7,613 nt of DNA from Andalucia godoyi And28 (Eukaryota; Protista; Jakobida). The stretch spans positions 426,665 through 434,277 of the forward strand of contig VRVR01000007.1 in assembly GCA_009859145.1 (NCBI GenBank). Reading direction: 5' to 3'. A program made the translations under genes and the position numbers. The notes beneath the pieces were generated by a model. The model was not told where the DNA came from. It did not search any database and was given only the letters and a program-made list of their open reading frames with translations. Of the stretch, positions 1-6,687 are shown piece by piece (within the stretch, counting starts at the first letter, position 1; every line of letters starts with the position of its first letter).

Positions 1-1272
1 ACGAGCTTCGTAGACATACCGTATACAACGAACGATAGAGCCCCATCGCGTTTTTCCGGGAAGAGCCAACATACAGACTTTCAGACTTTGTGCTTTAGTC
101 ATGAATATTTCTCGGATATTCTGATGACTACGAATGAACTTCGTGATCTTTGTCGCAATGAAAGACAACTCTGGCAAAGTGTACTGTCCAGGTTGAATGG
201 TATTCCAGCCTATTCCTCCTGCGATTTCAGATACATCTTCATCGGCATCATCATCTACAAGGGGGTTTTCCTCTTCTTCATCGTCAATACTCGGTAGAAT
301 CGCATCTGTCGACGTTTCTGGGACGGGGACTGCATTCTTGGGTCGTACAGCTCGAAATTTCTTTCCAAAAACATCATTGAAGAACAAGTTGAGCGCGTGA
401 CAATGACAACCAACAAAAATGACATGAGGATAGTCCTTCTTCAACATTTCGAATGCTTTTTTCATAACTGAAGCGTTGTCACTCACCACACCAGCCAGCT
501 TTGTCGCATTTCCAATGGAGGCAACCTGTTCAGCAATTTTATTTGCCACGTATTGAGCGTCCTTCTTATCGACGACGTTGTGAACTGCCTTGTAAAATAT
601 TGGCATGGGGGTCATTACTGCGAAGTTGGACAACGACTGGTTCCGGCAGTTGGACCATGCATCCGTTACTAACGTTACAAAGGGAGCTTTGTCAATTGTT
701 GTGCGAATTTCAGCCGTTACTGCGTCGAACAACTTGAAAAGCAGGGAATTCGAAATTGCAGAAGAAGATGGAATAGATAACTGATAGAAAGGTTGCAGGT
801 ACTTCTGAAAGAAGCGTTGGAGGAAGGGATGGCTCAACGACGAAAAGGGAAAGTTGAGTTCCACAAAAAGGCGACAGACATCCAGCCGAAACTCTTCAAC
901 TCGCGAAGTCTGATCCGCAACAGTGTTACGAATATCAAGCGTACCAGTAGTGGTCCTCATACGCTTCGCAGGATGGGCGATTGAAGAAGTGGAGGACGAC
1001 TCGCCGGATCCGATAGAGATTCCGTACTGCACATACTGCGAGGCATACTTCTCCAACTCTGATACGGGAAAGCGCTTAGCCATTGCAATCCTTGCCTCTT
1101 CAGTGGTCTGCGGACACACTCCTAAAAGAAAAATGTGATTGAACAATCGTTCAGGATGATCGCTAACGTGCTTGTCGCATTTGGGGCAAGTGTATTGTCG
1201 AAATTCCAGATTTCGAGCATTGTGCTTTTTCTCTTCTTTGTAGTATGCCTTGATCAACGATTTTGGGGGCAT
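1..1272 (-). CDS. hAT-superfamily transposase with N-terminal BED-type zinc finger; 3'-partial (424 codons, open to the window edge)
   Basis: Manual minus-strand translation from the ATG at 1272 (MPPKSLIKAYY...) has no stop down to base 1. Motifs seen: YTCPKCDKHVSDHPERLFNHIFLLGVCP (BED-like, 1188-1114), FVTLVTDAWSNCRNQSLSNF (first catalytic Asp, 663-661), VVSDNASVMKKA (second Asp, 480-478), GCHCHALNLFFND (CxxH motif, 408-397) and LPGKTRWGS (TRW motif, 51-37). The ORF track misses it because the stop lies outside the window. Confidence 0.93.
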   Translation of the reverse strand, partial: MPPKSLIKAYYKEEKKHNARNLEFRQYTCPKCDKHVSDHPERLFNHIFLLGVCPQTTEEARIAMAKRFPVSELEKYASQYVQYGISIGSGESSSTSSIAHPAKRMRTTTGTLDIRNTVADQTSRVEEFRLDVCRLFVELNFPFSSLSHPFLQRFFQKYLQPFYQLSIPSSSAISNSLLFKLFDAVTAEIRTTIDKAPFVTLVTDAWSNCRNQSLSNFAVMTPMPIFYKAVHNVVDKKDAQYVANKIAEQVASIGNATKLAGVVSDNASVMKKAFEMLKKDYPHVIFVGCHCHALNLFFNDVFGKKFRAVRPKNAVPVPETSTDAILPSIDDEEEENPLVDDDADEDVSEIAGGIGWNTIQPGQYTLPELSFIATKITKFIRSHQNIREIFMTKAQSLKVCMLALPGKTRWGSIVRCIRYVYEAR

Positions 1273-1420
1273 TGCAGAAATACAAAGGCGTTGATTACTA
1301 GTGGGCAATCAGAGACGGCAGAAAAGAAAGGATGAAAAATATGGGAAACAGTGTAGGATTCTCAGTGCAGCTGCCGAGTGGCCGAAAAGCGCGCGATTGG
1401 CAAGACTACGGCTGCTCAGT

Positions 1421-1509
1421 CGTCGGCTGGGCGTCGGCACAAAGCGTCGCGTCGGCAAACGTCGAGAGTCGGCATTTTGGCCACCCGACGCCGTCGTGTT
1501 CAAACCCTA
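1421..1509. repeat. hAT subterminal repeats and putative terminal inverted repeat (TIR)
   Basis: GTCGGC occurs at 1422, 1433, 1451 and 1468, and an inverted CCGACG at 1485-1490. Extra CGTCG cores lie at 1445, 1460 and 1492. The block ends in CAAACCCTA (1501-1509). Confidence 0.75.
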
Positions 1510-1661
1510 GTCCCGCAGCGTCAACTATCGTGGGTATTTTTTGTGGCAAGTGGCTTGTGCCTTGTGGTTGAATACGCTCTGGGAATTGTGCCAGTTTTGT
1601 TTGATGGCTGTTGATGTGTCCCATTCTGCTCGCTTCAGAATCGGCAAGTGTGAAAACGCCC

Positions 1662-1862
1662 TTGGTTGGGCGTGTTTTTGGAAGGAATTGAGGCCGGACG
1701 CTGACATTTTTGAGACCGTAGACTCAAGTAAAGCGTTTTCACTAACAATTGGTATCGCCCGGCTCTGACAATTGCGATGTAGCCCGCGCGGCCGCGCCCT
1801 GCTCTCGCTTGGCCCCCGGCCACTTCCCGATAAGATCTGGATGCTTTGTTTTTTCGATTTTT
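1662..1862 (+). repeat. Left arm of a 201-bp inverted repeat (putative TIR/promoter)
   Basis: It matches the reverse complement of 4525-4725 without gaps, with 3 mismatches by manual alignment (aatt/aact, gccc/accc, atgc/atgt). It contains the perfect 12-bp palindrome GCGCGGCCGCGC (1786-1797) and ends in a T-rich tract. Confidence 0.97.
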
Positions 1863-1922
1863 GATACAATTAGTTCTTCACTTTCTCGTTTGTATGCTTA
1901 TCGGATTTCTCAACTGCACTGT

Positions 1923-3173
1923 ATGACCGAATCAACTGCTCCTTCGTATGTGATCGCACTTTCTGCGAAAGTCGCTGTGTCGCCGCTCAAGGACTCTGAA
2001 GGTCGCACGATTCAGTCTTTGTTTCCTACTCTCAAAGACAGTTACTTTTTCATTGTGTACTCGCATGATCCGGAAAAGGCGCGGCGAACTGTGGAGGTTC
2101 TCAAAGCTCAGCACTCTTCTTTGAATTGTGTTGCCGCAGATCGGGCTGCTGACTCTCCCTCTGGTGTCCGCCGTCACATCAGTCGATTGCTGCAAGCGAA
2201 TCCGCAGACTTGTGTGTTTGTCATCGGCACAGTAGACCAAGACTTATATATTGCCTCAAATACCAAAACTGCGTTGGTATACTTGAGCTGGGATAATGAA
2301 GTTGCAGCAACAGTGCGGCAATACGGAGCTGGAGCTTACGATTTCGACTCTCTGTCACGCTGGCTTGGTATCGTTACAACCCAAAATGTGTGGTTTGCAA
2401 CTTGTTCTTTTCCTGGATCTCAGTTGTCGACTGAGGTTCGCTGTCTCTGGCGCGCTAATACGATTCGTGTTCCAGAAGACGAAACCCGTGTCCTCGAAGG
2501 ATTTCAGAGTGCGTTGAAAGAAAATGGCGAGTTGCAACAGGAAATGCGATTCTTCCTGATAGCTGCGATCATGCATGAGCGTCCTTTATTTGATGAAGTT
2601 CAAGATTTTGGCATCGTTCCGTCGTCTGGCATGGAGCTCAATGAATCCATGCTAGGAATCAAAAACATGGTTCGGTGTCTCTTCGGCAAGAGACAGAAAG
2701 CTGAAAACATTCTTCGGCGCAATTTAAGCATCGCCTCTGCGCATAGATCGGGGACAACTCGAACTGTCGAGCGTCACTTTCCGTCTCTAGTTCTTGATGG
2801 GAAGTACGAAAAAAAACTGAAGAATCGCGTCATTTGTTTGTTCGACGATTTTCTCACTACCGGGGCGACGATGGAAGCTTGTCGTTTGCTGCTTCAATCC
2901 CAGAATCCAAAAAGGATCATTCTTGTGTCGTGCGGGAAATTTAGGAAGCAAGATGGAACGATGGATCATTATATAGAGAAGCGCGGTTTGAAACTAATTG
3001 GTAGCGTCTTCACTGGTGAGTATGAGTGTCAGTCTTCTGACACCGTTGCACCGGCCAGGCATGTTTTCCAGTTTGATGACAATGCTCGATCAGACATTTG
3101 CCGCGTTCGGCCATACTTGCCTCCTGATGCACAACAGCGACAAACAACGAATAACATGCATACGCGTACGTAA
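1923..3173 (+). CDS. HAD-like domain plus type I phosphoribosyltransferase fusion (ShosT-like architecture), 416 aa
   Basis: The PRPP-binding motif VICLFDDFLTTGAT (2829-2870) is followed by MEACRLLL...IILVSCGK. The N-terminal CVFVIGTVDQDLYIASNTKTALVYLSW resembles HAD motif IV. The first in-frame ATG is at 1923; the track's TTG start at 1749 lies inside the inverted repeat. PRTase confidence is high; the HAD-like call is moderate. Confidence 0.85.
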   Translation: MTESTAPSYVIALSAKVAVSPLKDSEGRTIQSLFPTLKDSYFFIVYSHDPEKARRTVEVLKAQHSSLNCVAADRAADSPSGVRRHISRLLQANPQTCVFVIGTVDQDLYIASNTKTALVYLSWDNEVAATVRQYGAGAYDFDSLSRWLGIVTTQNVWFATCSFPGSQLSTEVRCLWRANTIRVPEDETRVLEGFQSALKENGELQQEMRFFLIAAIMHERPLFDEVQDFGIVPSSGMELNESMLGIKNMVRCLFGKRQKAENILRRNLSIASAHRSGTTRTVERHFPSLVLDGKYEKKLKNRVICLFDDFLTTGATMEACRLLLQSQNPKRIILVSCGKFRKQDGTMDHYIEKRGLKLIGSVFTGEYECQSSDTVAPARHVFQFDDNARSDICRVRPYLPPDAQQRQTTNNMHTRT

Positions 3174-3517
3174 AAAAACAAGCAAACCAAATGGGACAGA
3201 AACGAGGCTGTGTAAGATTAATACACTAAATTGTTCAGACACTGACTTTTAAGACACTGGTTAGAGCAGCAGCCACAGTCGGCTCGTGTTTTCTTTGTTT
3301 CAAACATCCTTTAGTATTTCTTCTTTTTCCACGCGATACCAACATACGTGGCCCCTGCCACGATACGCAAAGACACACGACGTTTTCCCGCAGCGCAATC
3401 ACCCGACGCTGAGTCACCGCAGGGCACGTCTGGGCCGTCCGCACCGGGTCGTTGTTCTTGCGGCAATTTGACGCAACACTCGTGGTTCGTATCAAATCCT
3501 CAGTCTTTCGATTGCCT

Positions 3518-4486
3518 TCACGCAAGTTTGAAGAATTTTGCAATGTGACCGGTTTGTCCCACGGATTTCATGTCTCTTTTCTGATTGGGACGACTTCGTT
3601 CGTTGATGGTCGAAAAGTGAGTGTTGCAATTCCGCAGGACAGCCGTCAAATCCTGTCTCTGACCACGGCTCATCACGTTTCCTATCGCTCCGAAACCAAC
3701 TTCCGACAGCTCGCGCGTGCCGATCCCGGCATACTTCCCTGTTGGCGTTGGAATATCTTCTAAACGAGCATTGCACCACACAAATTCGGGACCGTTCCTA
3801 TTACTTTCTATCACAATAGCACCTTGAAACCACTGACGCTTGGACGCTTGTTCAAACAAATAAACAGGCAACCGACGAAAATACGGGACTGTGCGGTTTG
3901 AAGACAGTTCTGCCCACAAGCGAAGAACAAACATCTGTACAGCCCATGCAGTTCCGCCTAGAAGACCAACGTAAAGGCCGCGACTAGCCGAAAACGCATC
4001 ATGGTCACAAGATCGAACAGAGGAACAGAACGATGAGACCGCGTAGACAGAAGAAACGGTCTGAATTTGGAAAAAATCCCTCAATAGCAAATTTCGAACA
4101 TACGTACCACGTGCACTTGATTCATTCATATTGGGGGGTCGTCGACAAAGCACTGCAGCTGCTTCGATGACCGCACCTCGAGCGCTAGAGACTAATTCAG
4201 TGTTTGACAGAAGTCGAATAGATTCTTCGCGCATGTCTTGATAGATACAATTTCCTGCACCAAGAAAAACAAGATGTGCAATTCTATGACCCAAAAAGGA
4301 CATAACTTGCACTTTATGGCCATAAAAATATGCAAGAGACTCCCATACAACATCAGAACCCTCAGCACCTCCAGTAAAGAGGACAGGAACATCTCTTGCC
4401 GAATCATCTGAATTGAGCGAGGACAGCACACGGTCTATCTCGTCAGCGAACAAAGGACTGTTGATTTCATCCAGCAAAGAACACAT
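3518..4486 (-). CDS. SLOG-superfamily (Smf/DprA-LOG fold) putative nucleotide-binding protein, 322 aa
   Basis: The glycine-rich motif LFTGGAEGSDVVWE (TGGAEGSD at 4375-4352) matches the SLOG (S/T)GGAxGxD loop. Further family-like motifs are RNLLLRDFFQI, LGGTAWAVQMF, PVYLFEQ and KYAGIGTR (YAGIGTR at 3733-3713). The ATG lies 39 bp from the inner end of the right repeat. Confidence 0.75.
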   Translation of the reverse strand: MCSLLDEINSPLFADEIDRVLSSLNSDDSARDVPVLFTGGAEGSDVVWESLAYFYGHKVQVMSFLGHRIAHLVFLGAGNCIYQDMREESIRLLSNTELVSSARGAVIEAAAVLCRRPPNMNESSARGTYVRNLLLRDFFQIQTVSSVYAVSSFCSSVRSCDHDAFSASRGLYVGLLGGTAWAVQMFVLRLWAELSSNRTVPYFRRLPVYLFEQASKRQWFQGAIVIESNRNGPEFVWCNARLEDIPTPTGKYAGIGTRELSEVGFGAIGNVMSRGQRQDLTAVLRNCNTHFSTINERSRPNQKRDMKSVGQTGHIAKFFKLA

Positions 4487-4524
4487 GGTCGCACATAACA
4501 GTTAATGAATGAAAAGAAAGAACG

Positions 4525-4725
4525 AAAAATCGAAAAAACAAAACATCCAGATCTTATCGGGAAGTGGCCGGGGGCCAAGCGAGAGCAGGGCGCGGCCGCG
4601 CGGGCTACATCGCAATTGTCAGAGCCGGGTGATACCAGTTGTTAGTGAAAACGCTTTACTTGAGTCTACGGTCTCAAAAATGTCAGCGTCCGGCCTCAAT
4701 TCCTTCCAAAAACACGCCCAACCAA
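4525..4725 (-). repeat. Right arm of the 201-bp inverted repeat
   Basis: It is the reverse complement of 1662-1862 with 3 mismatches. The palindrome GCGCGGCCGCGC lies at 4590-4601. Confidence 0.97.
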
Positions 4726-5165
4726 CAATGCGCCTCAGCTGGCTCAGCCAATTCAGCAAAGACTGAGGACTCTCAGCCTCGCTCGGAATAAATCTCTCGA
4801 GCAATGGACACCTGCGCCTTATCAAACATGAGCAACTTATCTGACGCAGCACCGTCTGTCGAACACGAAGACGAGTTTGAGCCGTTTACGATATTACTAC
4901 TGTCCGCGAGTGGTACAGTATCAGTACCCGAGGTTACCGTGTCGTGCAAGTTGCATGTCGTTGGGGTGAATGGCTGGTACCCCGAGTGCTGGGATCTTTC
5001 CAAGCGAATCGTTTCTGCGGATACCTACTCGCAGCGTCTCTTGAAGGCAGCGTCCCTTGTCTCTGTGGATCTGTTACAATGCAATCTCAAGCCAAAAGGA
5101 ATGCCCGAGAAAACATGGAAGCTGGTCATCAGAGGAGATTCCCCGGATTCCACCATGTCGAATAG

Positions 5166-6168
5166 TGTTACAACCCCGACCGTTGTTTCTCATCAAGCGT
5201 ACATCTGTCCTTCAAGAATGCTGGAGTATTTGTGGTCCTCCATCAACTCCAGAACGGGTGGGAAGCCCACGAAACGACGCGGAGGCGACGTGGAGTATTG
5301 GCTGTGCCCGTTTGGAAGAGAATCTCGGAAAGGGAAGGAAGGAGTGAAGGGCGTTCGGGCAACGGAGTATGTACGTGCACATGTCCTGCGTTTGTGGAAA
5401 AGGATGTTCCGTGGTGCAAACACATGGCGTTCTGCGCCGCTGAGGATAGTGTCGACGCCTTATATTATCCTTCTCTTCAGGACAACATGTAGACAGTGGT
5501 GGATGAGATGCTCAAATGGGCACAGCGGGAGAACGGAGCCATGGGTGAAAGCAATGCATGTACGGATGTATTTCGATCAATGAGCGAATACTGGGCTCAT
5601 TGGGATGACCAACGGCATATCCAAGAAGGTGGTCAGGTCGACGAACAGCAGACAGAAGCGCCCGTTGAAGATGCAAGGCCATGTGGCTCTGGCACATTTC
5701 AACTTCCGGCACCTCAAGATGTATGGAAAGCACGGGAACGAGCTCGAGGAAACTTGCAACGGCTCACGAGCTCGAGGAAACTTGCAACGGCTCACGAGAG
5801 AACTCAGTGTGATTGACATACGCGCTCCGGCTGTGCTTGGTTACCTTGATGATCTGGACCGCACACTGTCTGCGCAAACAGTGCCGCCCTCACTTCATCT
5901 ACCAGTTGCTTCTAACTATCATGGCTGTATTCGTCCAGCAGCCGGTTTTGAACGCACGCAAAAGAAACGTGGAAGAAAGAAAGCCGATCAAAGTGAGGAG
6001 TTTGTAAGGTGGAATACAGATTTGGATGTGGACGAGATGTGCAGGGCGTGGTCCGAGAGACAGGAGGTAACACAAGCTCGAGCCCCGCCAAAAAAGAAGC
6101 GGCGGGCAGAGGCGTTTTCTCAGATTACTTCACAAGGAAAACAAGAATACTCTGAAAAGGGAATGTAA
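5166..6168 (+). pseudogene. Decayed SWIM zinc-finger gene, probably the C-terminal part of a Mutator-like (MULE) transposase; the 5' boundary is uncertain
   Basis: The SWIM motif CTCTCPAFVEKDVPWCKH (CxC...CxH) lies at 5370-5423. Track ORFs 4944-5165, 5232-5492 and 5496-5816 share one frame separated by TAG stops (5163, 5490). Removing one copy of the 28-bp duplication joins this frame to ORF 5605-6168, which has NLS-like KKRGRKK and PPKKKRR. The MULE assignment is inferred, as no DDE core was recognised. Confidence 0.6.
5738..5798 (+). repeat. Perfect 28-bp tandem duplication causing a frameshift
   Basis: CGAGCTCGAGGAAACTTGCAACGGCTCA occurs at 5739-5766 and 5767-5794. The peptide RARGNLQRLT appears in two different frames in the ORF track. 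Confidence 0.97.
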
Positions 6169-6255
6169 CGGTGCGGCGGGGAACGCCGAGCGCAGCTTCG
6201 ATGAAGTCGCCAAAAGGAAAAAAGTGCGTGCCCGGATTCGGGTTCTCATTGGGAA

Positions 6256-6271
6256 TTAGGGTTTAGGGTTT
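6256..6271 (+). repeat. Short telomere-like repeat (TTAGGGTTTAGGGTTT)
   Basis: About two TTTAGGG units are followed by a T run. Its function is unknown. Confidence 0.5.
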
Positions 6272-6537
6272 GGTTTTTTTTTACGCCAGGAGGAGTTAGC
6301 TCAAAATTCAAAACGCGCTAACGCGAGTTCGCATAGAGTAAATTTAAATTATCTCACTTTCTGCTGCAAGACGTTCTTTCAAATTGCACGCAGCTGAATA
6401 TCATGCAAAAACGCACAAATACGGAAAATGGTCCACAGCACCTTTTCTGAGGTAGTGCTGGGGACTGGTAGAGTCGGGGACGGCGAGCAATCTGGCACAC
6501 GAACACTATTGGACAAAAATGTCACCGAATTTTTTTA

Positions 6538-6617
6538 GAGACGCCCCTGTGACGCATCGGTGATCTTGTGACATTGATCCTCTTGCTAGGATCACCGAAG
6601 CGTCACAGGCGCGTCTC
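6538..6617. repeat. 28-bp subterminal inverted repeat (hairpin) with a 24-nt loop
   Basis: GAGACGCCCCTGTGACGCATCGGTGATC (6538-6565) pairs with GATCACCGAAGCGTCACAGGCGCGTCTC (6590-6617), with 2 mismatches. Confidence 0.93.
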
Positions 6618-6687
6618 ATTAATAAAACCAGAAAATTCTTTGAAAACAAAGATTTTTATTGTAATAAAAGTAGCCAATATTACAAAT

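Larger units (their letters stand above)
1..1509 (-). mobile_element. hAT DNA transposon, 5' portion (rest lies beyond the left edge)
   Basis: The transposase ORF is preceded by a GC-rich subterminal repeat block and a terminus reading TAGGGTTTGAACAC on the minus strand from 1509. This resembles the Ac-type TAGGGATGAAA terminal repeat. The partner end and target-site duplication (TSD) are outside the window. Confidence 0.8.
1662..4725. mobile_element. Putative non-autonomous TIR element (Pack-type) carrying two convergent cargo genes
   Basis: The 201-bp near-perfect inverted repeats enclose two intact ORFs pointing inward and no transposase. No convincing TSD was found, so mobility is inferred. 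Confidence 0.6.

Noticed and set aside
88-1335. Short plus-strand ORFs in the track
   Set aside because: They are antisense shadows of the hAT transposase.
1421-1500. CRISPR-like or other regular repeat array
   Set aside because: The units are only 5-7 bp and irregularly spaced, which fits transposon subterminal repeats.
1749-1922. N-terminal extension of the PRTase ORF from the TTG at 1749
   Set aside because: It lies largely within the inverted repeat, whose other copy gives the same peptides in unrelated short ORFs. ATG 1923 is the more plausible start.
1650-4740. Target-site duplication flanking the inverted-repeat cassette
   Set aside because: I tried 2-, 3-, 8- and 9-bp windows at several plausible ends. 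The best was AAAACGCCC versus AATGCGCCT (6/9, offset by one base), which is not convincing.
5449-5480. Small intron ending at TTCTCTTCAG that could bypass TAG 5490
   Set aside because: Splicing from either nearby GT (5449 or 5451) still meets a stop within a few codons.
5163-5492. TAG reassignment (alternative genetic code) suggested by two in-frame TAGs
   Set aside because: The four intact long frames (about 1,470 codons) contain no internal TAG, and the same gene also has a frameshift. Ordinary decay explains it.
4804-5583. 259-aa ORF as a genuine gene
   Set aside because: It has no recognisable motif, and the SWIM finger lies in a different frame over the same DNA. It may contain pieces of the decayed gene but cannot be supported as a CDS.
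1501-6272. TAGGGTTTG at 1509 (minus) and 6264 (plus) as the ends of one composite transposon
   Set aside because: The two motifs face away from the intervening DNA, only 9 nt match, and the second has no GTCGGC subterminal repeats.
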